Of a stretch of 25,712 nt of DNA, positions 7,964 through 17,023 are shown piece by piece (the stretch's first letter is position 1; every line of letters begins with the position of its first letter). The notes under the pieces are model-generated. The model was not told the DNA's origin. It searched no databases and saw nothing but the letters and a program-made list of their open reading frames with translations. The position numbers and the translations under genes were made by a program. This DNA is from a virus (taxonomy: Duplodnaviria; Heunggongvirae; Uroviricota; Caudoviricetes): the IMG/VR virus record IMGVR_UViG_2706794687_000008; one strand, written 5' to 3'.

Positions 7964-8888
7964 TGATTTTTGCGCCTTTATTCTGACTCACGGGCGACCG
8001 GACAAAGTTCTGACTTACCGGACGTTGCGTCGTGCTGGCTATACCGGGAAAATTTTTATCGTTGTTGATGATGAAGATAAGACACGGCATCAGTACATGG
8101 CTGAATTTGGTGAACAGGTGCTGGTATTTTCCAAAGCCGATATTGCTAGTCGTTTTGACGAAGCCGATAATTTTAGTGACCGCCGCTCAATTTTTTACGC
8201 CCGTAATGCCTGTTTCGACCAGGCAAAACTGGTCGGGTGTAAATACTTCATTCAGCTCGATGATGATTATCACGAGTTCCAGTTTCGGGTGGATCGCAAC
8301 TATGACCAGGCCTATTTCCCGATAAGGAAACTGGATGAGATCCTTTCTGAAATGCTTGCGTACTACGAATCAATACCTGCTCTTTCCATCGCTATGTCGC
8401 AGGGCGGGGATTTTCTTGGTGACAATGGCGGCCATGCTTCGTGGGTGAAACGCAAGGCAATGAACAGCTTTATCTGTTCGGTTGATCGACCGTTCTCATT
8501 CATGGGGCGCATTAACGAGGATGTGAATACGTACACGAATCTCGGTCGCTGTGGTGAATTGTTTATGACGATCGGTGCTGTCCAGTTAGGGCAGAAACAG
8601 ACGCAGAAAAACAGCGGCGGAATGACCGAGCTGTATCTGGATTCCGGAACCTACGTTAAAAGTTTTTACTCCGTCATGTATGCGCCGTCGTGCGTAAAAA
8701 TCTCACTTATGGGTGCCAGTCATAAACGCATTCACCATCAGGTCACCTGGAACAACGCTGCAGTAAAAATCCTTCACGAAAAATACAGGAAGAAGACACC
8801 CTGCATATCAATGGGGGTGACAAATGATTCCGTATTCGAAAGTCGAGTCTCTGGCAGCGTGCCGGATGACTGCACAACAAATCGCTGA
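7956..8888 (+). CDS. hypothetical protein, possibly GT-A-fold nucleotide-sugar transferase-like (two DxD-type motifs)
   Basis: The six-frame ORF runs 7938..8888; the ATG at 7956 (MRDDFCAFILTHGRPDK) overlaps the ParB-like stop. FILTHGRP and IFIVVDDED resemble the N-terminal strand and first acidic motif of GT2-type enzymes, and YFIQLDDDYHEF is a second DxD-like motif. The fold assignment is a weak inference. Confidence 0.35.
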   Translation: MRDDFCAFILTHGRPDKVLTYRTLRRAGYTGKIFIVVDDEDKTRHQYMAEFGEQVLVFSKADIASRFDEADNFSDRRSIFYARNACFDQAKLVGCKYFIQLDDDYHEFQFRVDRNYDQAYFPIRKLDEILSEMLAYYESIPALSIAMSQGGDFLGDNGGHASWVKRKAMNSFICSVDRPFSFMGRINEDVNTYTNLGRCGELFMTIGAVQLGQKQTQKNSGGMTELYLDSGTYVKSFYSVMYAPSCVKISLMGASHKRIHHQVTWNNAAVKILHEKYRKKTPCISMGVTNDSVFESRVSGSVPDDCTTNR

Positions 8889-9075
8889 CGTTCTGGATGT
8901 TGATCTGAACCGACTGAAAGAAAATCGGGAAGCAATGACAGATTTTTATGCGGCCATCCGTAAGGGCAGAGCGAAAGGTGAAGCCGAGTTACGAGCGGCA
9001 TTGTTTAAGCTTGCCAGAAAAGGGGATGCCTTTGCTCTGCGCGAACTACTCAGGGTGGATAAAAATCAGGACTAA
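8824..9075 (+). CDS. small hypothetical protein, possible HTH DNA-binding protein
   Basis: 83 aa ORF immediately upstream of the small terminase gene, with a helix-turn-helix-like segment (MTAQQIADVLDVDLNRLKE). It overlaps the end of the previous ORF by 65 nt, so the true start is uncertain. Confidence 0.35.
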   Translation: MIPYSKVESLAACRMTAQQIADVLDVDLNRLKENREAMTDFYAAIRKGRAKGEAELRAALFKLARKGDAFALRELLRVDKNQD

Positions 9076-9078
9076 CTG

Positions 9079-10173
9079 ATGAGCAGACCGGACTGGGGGG
9101 CGTTGCAGCAGGAGTATATTGCTGAATACACCCGCTCCGGTATATCTCCGGTGGCATGGTGTGAAGCAAGGGGACTGAATTACGCAACAGCCCGTCGTTA
9201 CATCAAAAAAACTCCGAAAAATGCGCAGACAGAAATGTGCAAAACTGCGCAAAAAAGTGCGCAGAAAAAATCTGCGCAGACTGCACAAAAGCGGAACGAA
9301 AAATCTCAGGAAAAAAAGCCAGTATTCGATGCGGGCCTGAATGAGGGCGACGCGGAGGAATTTTCGTTCTGTCCCGATGAATTCGGCATTTCTGACCAGC
9401 AGGCTAAGTTTGCGATGCTTGTTGCTCAGGGTAAAAAGCCGACAGAGGCGTACCGACTAGCCGGTTATGAGGGGCAAGGTGCGACAGCTAACAGCAACGC
9501 CAGTCGTATGCTTAGAAATGCCAGGGTTTTTCGCGCTATCAGCTACTTCCGCAATCAGTACCAGAAACGCTATACCGCAGACCTGGATTTACTAGTGAGT
9601 CAGTTGATGGCTATTGTCCTGGCCGACCCCAATCAGCTTGCACAATTTCGCCGTGTTAACTGCCGTTATTGCTGGGGCGAGAATCATCTCTACCAGTGGC
9701 GCGATATAGCAGAATTCGACAAGGCAGCGGCGCAGGCTTCCAGAGATGGCAAACCCGAACCGGAATATGGAGGCCTCGGCTTTGTTGATAACGCCATACC
9801 CAATCCGGACTGCCCGAAGTGCTGCGGTGAGGGAACGGGACAGCTTTATATGGCTGATACCACTCTGCTTGATGGGGATGCGCGGCAATTATATGCAGGG
9901 GCAAAATTCGGAAAATTCGGCGTTGAGATCCTGCTGGAGGATAAGGCTGCCGCCCGGCGTGAATTGTTGCGTTTGTTTTCTGCTGGCGGGGCTTTATGTG
10001 CAGATAAGCGGCTACGGGAACTGGAAATTGAACGGCGCAGAATGGAAAACCAGAAGCTGCGCAAAGAGATCGAAACGGTGGAAGATAATGAACATCCCCA
10101 GCCTGTGGCGATCAATATTAATGTGGTTGATGCCAGAGTAAGGAGTGATGAAGATGATCTCTCCGACGCTTAA
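9079..10173 (+). CDS. terminase small subunit (Terminase_2-like core with N-terminal HTH and Cys cluster)
   Basis: N-terminal HTH (ISPVAWCEARGLNYATARRYIKK). Central segment AKFAMLVAQGKKPTEAYRLAGYEGQGATANSNASRMLRNARVFRAI is typical of the small-terminase family. Cys-rich segment CRYCWGE...CPKCCGEG. Sits directly upstream of the large terminase gene. Confidence 0.65.
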   Translation: MSRPDWGALQQEYIAEYTRSGISPVAWCEARGLNYATARRYIKKTPKNAQTEMCKTAQKSAQKKSAQTAQKRNEKSQEKKPVFDAGLNEGDAEEFSFCPDEFGISDQQAKFAMLVAQGKKPTEAYRLAGYEGQGATANSNASRMLRNARVFRAISYFRNQYQKRYTADLDLLVSQLMAIVLADPNQLAQFRRVNCRYCWGENHLYQWRDIAEFDKAAAQASRDGKPEPEYGGLGFVDNAIPNPDCPKCCGEGTGQLYMADTTLLDGDARQLYAGAKFGKFGVEILLEDKAAARRELLRLFSAGGALCADKRLRELEIERRRMENQKLRKEIETVEDNEHPQPVAININVVDARVRSDEDDLSDA

Positions 10174-11455
10174 TGTGCCTCAGGCGCGATTTCTTTCAAT
10201 GCCCCATAAATTTAAAGCCTATATTGCTGGTTTTGGCTCGGGCAAAACATGGGTTGGGTGTGGCGGCATATGCAAGGGGATTTGGGAGCATCCAGGTATA
10301 AATCAGGGATATTTTGCGCCAACGTATCCCCAAATTCGCGATATTTTTTACCCTACAGTGGAAGAAGTTGCTGCTGACTGGGGATTGAACGTAAAAATTA
10401 ATGAGGGAAATAAAGAGGTTCACTTTTATTACGGACGCCAGTATCGGGGAACCACTATCTGCAGATCGATGGAGAAGCCACAAACGATCGTCGGTTTCAA
10501 AATTGGTAATGCGTTGGTGGATGAACTGGACATTTTGCCGAAGGAAAAAGCCAGAACGGCGTGGCGCAAGATAATTGCACGTATGCGTTATAAGATTGAT
10601 GGACTTCGCAACGGTATTGACGTTACAACCACGCCGGAAGGATTCAAATTTGTCTACGAGCAGTTTGTTAAAGCCGTGCGTGAAAAAACAGAGCTGGCCT
10701 CACTGTATGGTCTGGTGCAGGCATCTACTTTCGATAATGAAAAGAACCTGCCAGCAGATTACATTCCTTCGCTTCTTGAATCATACCCTCCAGAGCTGAT
10801 TAAAGCCTATCTTCGAGGACAGTTTACTAACCTGACAAGTGGTACTGTTTACCATCAGTTTGACCGGAAACTGAATAATTGCGAAGAAGTGGAGCAGCCA
10901 GGGGAGCCGATTTATATTGGGATGGATTTTAACGTTGGAAAGATGGCGGGAATCGTCCATGTGCTGCGTTTGGGGCTTCCATGTGCGGTAACTGAAATCA
11001 TCAATGCCTACGATACGCCGGATATGATCCGCATCATTAAAGAACGCTTCTGGCTGTATGATGGGAATGATTACCGGAAAGTGAGGGAAATTTATATTTA
11101 TCCAGATGCTTCCGGGGATTCCAGAAAATCAAGTAACGCAAGTACGACGGATATAGCCCAGCTTAAGCAGGCTGGTTTTAACGTTGTGGTGAACAGCTCG
11201 AACCCGCCAGTAAAAGATCGCGTTAACTCAATGAATGCAATGTTCTGCAATGCCAATGGTGAGCGTCGCTATAAAGTTAATGTGAAGCGTTGCCCGTTAT
11301 ATGCCGAATCTCTGGAGCAACAGGTCTGGGATGAGAAGGGGGAGCCTGATAAAAAATCTGGCAATGATCACCCGAATGATGCCGGAGGTTATTTCATCGT
11401 TAAGCAATTCCCTATTGTCAAACCGACCGGAAGAGTCACATCACTTCGGATTTAA
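10145..11455 (+). CDS. terminase large subunit (PBSX/Terminase_6-like ATPase-nuclease)
   Basis: 436 aa with a Walker A-like motif (AGFGSGKTW) near the N-terminus and acidic nuclease-type residues later. Gene order is TerS-TerL-portal. Start is approximate because the ORF overlaps the end of TerS. Confidence 0.8.
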   Translation: MMKMISPTLNVPQARFLSMPHKFKAYIAGFGSGKTWVGCGGICKGIWEHPGINQGYFAPTYPQIRDIFYPTVEEVAADWGLNVKINEGNKEVHFYYGRQYRGTTICRSMEKPQTIVGFKIGNALVDELDILPKEKARTAWRKIIARMRYKIDGLRNGIDVTTTPEGFKFVYEQFVKAVREKTELASLYGLVQASTFDNEKNLPADYIPSLLESYPPELIKAYLRGQFTNLTSGTVYHQFDRKLNNCEEVEQPGEPIYIGMDFNVGKMAGIVHVLRLGLPCAVTEIINAYDTPDMIRIIKERFWLYDGNDYRKVREIYIYPDASGDSRKSSNASTTDIAQLKQAGFNVVVNSSNPPVKDRVNSMNAMFCNANGERRYKVNVKRCPLYAESLEQQVWDEKGEPDKKSGNDHPNDAGGYFIVKQFPIVKPTGRVTSLRI

Positions 11456-11457
11456 TT

Positions 11458-12864
11458 ATGGCTGATATATCAACACCCAACCTCGACTATAACGATATGC
11501 TGGAGGCGTGGGATATTAACGACGCACTGATGGGCGGTACGCTTGAAATGCGCAGGCAGGGGGAAAATTATCTCCCAAAATGGCCTAACGAAGATGAAGA
11601 CGCTTATAAAAAACGCCTGTCTGTGGCTACGCTACTTCCTGTGTATGAAGAAAGCATCAAGCAAAATATTGGGCGCATATTTGCAGAGCCGACAGTATTG
11701 AGTGAGGAAACGCCGGCAAAAATCAGGGAATATGCAGAAAATATCGACATGGAGGGGAGCCGACTGGATGTGTGGGCGCAGCAATTTTTCAGCCTCGCAT
11801 TTCAGTATGGTGTGGCACATGCGCTGGTGGACTATCCACGAACGGATATGAAAGAGATTCGGACAAAAGCCGATGAAAACGCGACCGGTGGTCGTCCGTA
11901 CGTTACGATGCTGAATCCACGCCAGGTTATTGGATGGAAATCGAAAGTTGAAAAAGGGAAAGTTGTTCTCACTGATTTGCGTATAAAAGAGGTCATCATT
12001 ATTGATGGTGATGATTTCGGGCAGAAGAAGGTGGAGCAGATCCGCCATATTATGCCCCGTCGAGTTGAAATTTATCGACGTAGCGAAGGCACTAATGGCG
12101 AATCTGTCTGGACGCTTCATGAGTCATGGAATACCAGCCGTGATGATATTCCTCTGGTAACACTGTACACGAAGAAAACAGGATTTATGCGTGGTACACC
12201 GCCATTGCTTAATCTTGGCTTGCTGAATATCAAGCACTGGCAAAGCCAGAGCGAGCAGGACAATATTCTTCATGTTGCCCGCGTTCCATTGCTGGTGGCC
12301 TACGGGCTGGACAGGAATGAAGAACTGACGGTTGGTGCATCCACCGCTACGATTTTTGAGGACAGAACAAAAAATGGCCTCGAATATGTTGAACATAGTG
12401 GCGCAGCGATAGAATCTGGCGAAACATCACTTGAGAAGCTGGAAAATCAGATGCGTCATGCCGGCGCTAAACTTCTGCGTGCTGAAAATACATCCACCAA
12501 ATCTGTTGATCAGACTAATGAAGAGCGAATGCAGGAAAACTCGCCGCTTTATACAATGGCGAACTCCCTCGAAGATGCCCTCGATAATATTCTCCAGATA
12601 ATGGCGGAATGGATCGGAGAGAGTTGCGGTGGCAATGTGGATGTGCGCACTGAACTGGATGTATCTGCCCAGGTGTTTGACTCATCCTCCGCGCTGGCTG
12701 TTCAGTCATTGCGTCAGGGCGGTGATATACGTCAGATTGATGCGGTTCGGGTGTTGCAGGCGTTGAAATTTATCGATCAGGATTCCCGTCCAGAGGAAGT
12801 GATCGATGAATTAAAAAATCAGAGTGTAATGCTGATGGAAATCAATGATGCAAACCGTGAATGA
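11458..12864 (+). CDS. portal protein
   Basis: 468 aa ORF immediately after TerL (2 nt gap) and before a MuF-like head morphogenesis gene. Size and position are typical of portal proteins. Confidence 0.7.
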   Translation: MADISTPNLDYNDMLEAWDINDALMGGTLEMRRQGENYLPKWPNEDEDAYKKRLSVATLLPVYEESIKQNIGRIFAEPTVLSEETPAKIREYAENIDMEGSRLDVWAQQFFSLAFQYGVAHALVDYPRTDMKEIRTKADENATGGRPYVTMLNPRQVIGWKSKVEKGKVVLTDLRIKEVIIIDGDDFGQKKVEQIRHIMPRRVEIYRRSEGTNGESVWTLHESWNTSRDDIPLVTLYTKKTGFMRGTPPLLNLGLLNIKHWQSQSEQDNILHVARVPLLVAYGLDRNEELTVGASTATIFEDRTKNGLEYVEHSGAAIESGETSLEKLENQMRHAGAKLLRAENTSTKSVDQTNEERMQENSPLYTMANSLEDALDNILQIMAEWIGESCGGNVDVRTELDVSAQVFDSSSALAVQSLRQGGDIRQIDAVRVLQALKFIDQDSRPEEVIDELKNQSVMLMEINDANRE

Positions 12865-13960
12865 ACGGCTGCGTGATGAATCAATTGCTCATGCAGTCTG
12901 GATATCCCGCTATAGCACTGGCGTGGCTGCCAGAATGGTGAAAATACTGAATGACAGCGATGCGGAACTTACTGCTCGCCTGCTGATAGCACTGGACAGC
13001 CTCGATCCAGGTAGTTTTACCGTTAAGCGCCTGGAGTCACTTCTGGCGAGCGTCAGAGAGGTTAACCGCACTGCTATTAACAGCATGTTTACCAGTCTCT
13101 CCGGAGAGCTGAACGAGCTGGCAATTTATGAGGCTGGTTATCAGTTAAGTCTGTTTGATTCTATGCTACCTGATTTTGTTGCTGATGTTCACCCTCTGGT
13201 TGGTATCTCTCCTGATGCACTTTATGCCGCTGCAATGGCGCGACCATTCCAGGGACGACTGCTCAGTGAGTGGGCCTCAGATCTTGAGGCGGATCGGCTC
13301 AGACGCATAACAAATACAGTGCGTCAGGGTTTTTTGCTGGGGGATACCAATGAGCAGATCGCAAGAAAAATTCGGGGACATGTCAGTAAGGGATTTCAGG
13401 ATGGTGCATTGCAGATGAGCCGGGCTAATGCGGCCAGCATTGCAAAAACAGCGGTTGGACATCTTGCTGCTACTGCCCGTGAGAGTTTTGCCAGCGCGAA
13501 TAATGATTTGATTAAGGGTAAGCAATGGTTATCAACGCTTGATAATCGTACTACGCCACAATGTCGAATCAGGGATCGCCTCAAATATACGCTGAATAAT
13601 AAACCTGTAGGTCACAGCGTGCCTTATTTGCAGGGGCCGGGAAAAATTCATTTCTGCTGCCGCTCAACGGAAACGTTCATTCTGAAATCAGCGAAGGAAC
13701 TGGGTATTGATGTTCGCGATATTTCCCCGGCTGAGCGGGCCAGCATGGATGGCGTGGTGGCCGGAGATACAACCTACAGGGAATGGTTTTTGCGTCAGCC
13801 TTACACCAGACAAAAACAGATTGTGGGGGAAAGCCGAGCAAAGCTGATTCGGGATGGTGGTATGTCGCCAGATGAATTTTACACCGATAAAGGCGAATGG
13901 CTGACGCTGAAGCAGCTCCGTGAGCGTGATGCACAGGTATTCAGAAAAGCAGGGATTTAA
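12845..13960 (+). CDS. head morphogenesis protein (SPP1 gp7 / Mu F-like minor head protein)
   Basis: 371 aa ORF following the portal gene with a short overlap. Position and sequence character match the MuF-like family; from memory. Confidence 0.65.
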   Translation: MMQTVNERLRDESIAHAVWISRYSTGVAARMVKILNDSDAELTARLLIALDSLDPGSFTVKRLESLLASVREVNRTAINSMFTSLSGELNELAIYEAGYQLSLFDSMLPDFVADVHPLVGISPDALYAAAMARPFQGRLLSEWASDLEADRLRRITNTVRQGFLLGDTNEQIARKIRGHVSKGFQDGALQMSRANAASIAKTAVGHLAATARESFASANNDLIKGKQWLSTLDNRTTPQCRIRDRLKYTLNNKPVGHSVPYLQGPGKIHFCCRSTETFILKSAKELGIDVRDISPAERASMDGVVAGDTTYREWFLRQPYTRQKQIVGESRAKLIRDGGMSPDEFYTDKGEWLTLKQLRERDAQVFRKAGI

Positions 13961-13979
13961 ATAAATCATTTATTACAAC

Positions 13980-14008
13980 AGGCTACCTTCGGGTGGCCTT
14001 TTTTATTG
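13980..14008 (+). terminator. intrinsic terminator-like hairpin between head morphogenesis and scaffold genes
   Basis: AGGCTACC-TTCG-GGTGGCCT: 8 bp stem with one G-U pair and a UUCG tetraloop, followed by TTTTTTATT. Confidence 0.55.
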
Positions 14009-14064
14009 CTGCGATCCGGATGGTGAGCAGCGTAACTGTCGGAAGACTTAAACCAGGTACTAAT

Positions 14065-14784
14065 ATGAAACTGAAAACGGTCGAGATTAACGGAAAACAA
14101 TACGCAGAAATTGATACTGCTGGCCTGCCAGTTTATGTGCACGACGATGGTAAAGAAATTGGCTTCGATGCACCGCTGGCGACAAAAAAAATTACAGAGC
14201 TTAATGGCGAGGCAAAAAATCATCGCCTGGCTAAAGAAGCTGCAGAGGAAAAACTGGCTAAGTTTGCCGCTATCGAAGACCCGAAGAAGGCGATCGAGGC
14301 AGGACAGGTTGACCAGGTTAAGGCAGAAATTACGAAAAATTTTCAGCAGCAATTAGATGAAGAAAAGCAACGCTCTCAGATGCTGGAGAAGCAGCTTTAC
14401 GATTCTATGATTGGCGGTAGTTTTGCGGGTTCAAAATATATTGCCGATAAAATTGCGATTCCGGCAGATTTATTACAAGCCCGCTTCGGGCAGGCATTCA
14501 AAGTGGAAGAAGGGAGGATCGTTGCTTATGACGCTTCCGGCAACAAAATTTATTCCCGCGCGAAGCCTGGCGAACTGGCGCAGTTTGATGAGGCGCTGGA
14601 GTTCCTTGTCGAAAATTACCCTCAGAAAGACTACATCCTGAAAGCCAGTGGCAACAATGGCGGCGGCTCCCGTCCGACACAGCATGATATTGGTCAGAAA
14701 ACGATGAAACGCTCTGCTTTTGATGCACTGGATGTTGCAGGTAAGCAAAACGCATTGAAAGACGGTATCACAATCGTTGATTAA
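14065..14784 (+). CDS. putative capsid scaffolding protein
   Basis: ATG at 14065 (MKLKTVEING); the six-frame ORF begins earlier at a GTG inside the terminator. Charged, Ala/Glu/Lys-rich and predicted helical, and lies between the MuF-like gene and the major capsid gene. Confidence 0.5.
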   Translation: MKLKTVEINGKQYAEIDTAGLPVYVHDDGKEIGFDAPLATKKITELNGEAKNHRLAKEAAEEKLAKFAAIEDPKKAIEAGQVDQVKAEITKNFQQQLDEEKQRSQMLEKQLYDSMIGGSFAGSKYIADKIAIPADLLQARFGQAFKVEEGRIVAYDASGNKIYSRAKPGELAQFDEALEFLVENYPQKDYILKASGNNGGGSRPTQHDIGQKTMKRSAFDALDVAGKQNALKDGITIVD

Positions 14785-14882
14785 CACATTTGTCAGCTTC
14801 CGGATGGGAGCTGGTGTCAGGGCTGGATAGCTCATTACTCCATCTATTCACAATTACGCAAATTTTTAAGGAATATTTAATT

Positions 14883-16022
14883 ATGGCTGGAAATACCCTG
14901 ACCGGGTTGATCCCGACTATTTATACCGCCCTGGATGTTGTATCCCGTGAGCAGGTAGGTTTTATCCCTGCGGTAGCAAAAAACGCAAAAGCTGACGCCG
15001 CAGCAAAAGATCAGACGGTAACCGCGCCAGTTGCGCCTGAGGCGAAAACCGAAGATATCGTACCGGGGCCGTCAGCTCCGAATACCGGTGATCAAAATAT
15101 TGGCACTGTTGATGTAAAAATTACTAAATCCAAAATGGCACCGGTTAAATGGAATGGTGAAGAACAACTGGCTCTTGGCCCTTCAGGGACTTACAACACC
15201 ATTCTGGCTGATCAGTTCAAGCAGGCTTTTCGCGCCCTTGCAAACGAGGTTGAGGCTGATCTTGGTGCGTTGTATTTCGGTGCTTCCCGCGCCGTGGGAA
15301 CCGCAGGGACAACGCCGTTTGGTGTTAAAGATGATCTTTCTGATGCTGCTCTGGCTCGTCAGGTTCTGGAGGATAACGGCGCACCGACAACCGATCTGCA
15401 GATGGTGCTTGGCTCCACTGCCATTGCTAATTTGCGCGGAAAACAGTCTGTATTGTTTAAAGTGAATGAATCCGGCACTGAACAGCTACTGCGTGAGGGC
15501 GTGTTGGGGCGTCTGGAGGGATTCAATATTCACAGTTCGGCAGGTGTGAAACGAGCGCCAAAGGTTGCTGCAACTGGTTATCTCGTGAATGGAGAGAAAA
15601 AAGAAGGCGATGTTCTTATTTCCATTGATACTGGTTCGGGGAGTATTTCTGCAGGTCAGATTGTTACGTTCGCTGGTGATCCGAATCAGTATGTTGTGGC
15701 AGCAGCGACCAGCAATCTGATTACTCTTGCAGCGCCCGGACTGCGTCAGGATCTGGCCGATGATACTGCCATCACAGTTGTTGGGGCCTTTACTGCAAAT
15801 ATGGCGTTTGATCGCAACGCGTTTCTGCTGGCATCCCGTACTCCGGCAATGCCGGAAGGTGGCGATAATGCTGATGATGTAATGAATGTTACGGACCCGA
15901 TTTCAGGGATTACGTTCCAGATTGCACTGTATCGTCAGTATCGCCAGGTGCGCTATGAAGTTGGACTGGCATGGGGTGTTTCATCAGTGAAGCCGGCACA
16001 TGGTTGTCTGATTCTTGGTTAA
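14883..16022 (+). CDS. major capsid protein
   Basis: ATG at 14883 (MAGNTLTGLIPTIY) preceded by AAGGAAT; the six-frame ORF starts upstream at 14790. 379 aa, in the position after the scaffold gene and followed by a strong terminator hairpin. Confidence 0.6.
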   Translation: MAGNTLTGLIPTIYTALDVVSREQVGFIPAVAKNAKADAAAKDQTVTAPVAPEAKTEDIVPGPSAPNTGDQNIGTVDVKITKSKMAPVKWNGEEQLALGPSGTYNTILADQFKQAFRALANEVEADLGALYFGASRAVGTAGTTPFGVKDDLSDAALARQVLEDNGAPTTDLQMVLGSTAIANLRGKQSVLFKVNESGTEQLLREGVLGRLEGFNIHSSAGVKRAPKVAATGYLVNGEKKEGDVLISIDTGSGSISAGQIVTFAGDPNQYVVAAATSNLITLAAPGLRQDLADDTAITVVGAFTANMAFDRNAFLLASRTPAMPEGGDNADDVMNVTDPISGITFQIALYRQYRQVRYEVGLAWGVSSVKPAHGCLILG

Positions 16023-16032
16023 ACATTCAAAC

Positions 16033-16052
16033 GGGGCTTCGGCCCCATTTTT
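16033..16052 (+). terminator. intrinsic terminator hairpin after the major capsid gene
   Basis: GGGGC-TTCG-GCCCC perfect GC stem with UUCG tetraloop, followed by ATTTTTAAT, starting 11 nt after the capsid stop. Confidence 0.65.
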
Positions 16053-16064
16053 AATGGGGGGCAT

Positions 16065-16241
16065 ATGGCCGGATTAACTAAAGAGCAAAGAGCACAGCGT
16101 GAAGCCGCACAAAAAACGCAAATTGAGTTAGTGGTTATGGTGACCGATTATCAGATGTTTCCCGGCGCACCAACTATCGCTAATGTTCATCCTGATGAAG
16201 TTGACAACTGGAAGGCTATGGGCTGGAAAACTCAGGAGTAA
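16065..16241 (+). CDS. small hypothetical protein (~58 aa), absent from the supplied ORF track
   Basis: ATG at 16065 in frame to TAA at 16239-16241 (MAGLTKEQRAQREAAQKTQIELVVMVTDYQMFPGAPTIANVHPDEVDNWKAMGWKTQE). It fills the gap between the terminator and the next gene, which starts 4 nt after its stop. Confidence 0.35.
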   Translation: MAGLTKEQRAQREAAQKTQIELVVMVTDYQMFPGAPTIANVHPDEVDNWKAMGWKTQE

Positions 16242-16244
16242 CAC

Positions 16245-16640
16245 ATGATCACTTACGTGACCTGTGATGACGTTGATAATGCGTTTGGGAACGCCTGGAC
16301 GAGTGAGAACGCTAAAAATAAAGCTGTTTTAATGGCTAATGCCTGGCTTAATGGCTTCAACCTGAAAATTAACCCATCCCGTATTCCGGAAGAGGTAAAA
16401 CTTGCGGGAGCATATGCAGCCAGAATTGCCTCATTCGGTAAGTTGTTTCAGCAGAAAAATGATTCTGGCGTTGTTATCAGTAAAGCCGTGTCGGCTGACG
16501 GGGTCAGTGTATCGAAATCATTTTCTGAGTTGCCAGCAAACAGCACTGCATTGCTTGAACCCGATTTACAGCTTGCGATAGCACTGCTGAAACCGTACGG
16601 ACTTAGTCGCTCACAAGTCAGGGTTGTGAGGGGGGGATAA
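16245..16640 (+). CDS. putative head-tail connector / head completion protein
   Basis: 131 aa ORF, first of four tightly packed small genes between the capsid and major tail genes. Assigned by position and size. Confidence 0.4.
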   Translation: MITYVTCDDVDNAFGNAWTSENAKNKAVLMANAWLNGFNLKINPSRIPEEVKLAGAYAARIASFGKLFQQKNDSGVVISKAVSADGVSVSKSFSELPANSTALLEPDLQLAIALLKPYGLSRSQVRVVRGG

Positions 16641-17023
16641 TGGGGCTTCGTGAAGAGATTCAGTCAGAGGTTGCCGCTGCTTTTGATGAGGATTTAGCGG
16701 ACGCCGTGAGTGATTTTTCTGGTTCTTACGTTACGCACCGGCACTGGGATCCTGTGACGGAAACTGGCGGCGAATCAACCGCAATCTATACCGGGCGAGG
16801 CGTGTTGACACGTTATAAGCTGGGCAGAATTGATGGGATTAATATTTTGCATGGTGACCTTAAATTAACCGCTCTGGTATGCGAGGTTACGGATAAACCA
16901 GCTGTCGACCATATTATTGAGATTTATGATCCTGTATCAAGGCAGTTACAACGATACGAGGTAATTACAGCAAGTGTAGATCCTTCCGCATCAGTTTACT
17001 CTATCCAGTTAAGGAGAGCGTAA
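16640..17023 (+). CDS. putative head-tail joining protein
   Basis: 127 aa ORF coupled to its neighbours (ATGG overlap at start, TAAATG at end). Assigned by position. Confidence 0.35.
   Translation: MGLREEIQSEVAAAFDEDLADAVSDFSGSYVTHRHWDPVTETGGESTAIYTGRGVLTRYKLGRIDGINILHGDLKLTALVCEVTDKPAVDHIIEIYDPVSRQLQRYEVITASVDPSASVYSIQLRRA

Noticed and set aside
11632-12120. 162 aa minus-strand ORF inside the portal gene
   Set aside because: Antisense to a well-supported + strand gene within a tightly packed co-directional operon, with no ribosome-binding site.
13993-14064. Upstream GTG-initiated extension of the scaffold ORF
   Set aside because: The extension runs through the terminator hairpin and has no ribosome-binding site; the ATG at 14065 is the more plausible start.
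14111-14835. Several overlapping ORFs on both strands within the scaffold gene (for example 14473..14835 minus)
   Set aside because: They overlap the scaffold reading frame, which fits the operon layout; their translations are Arg/Lys/Gln-rich in a way typical of out-of-frame readings.
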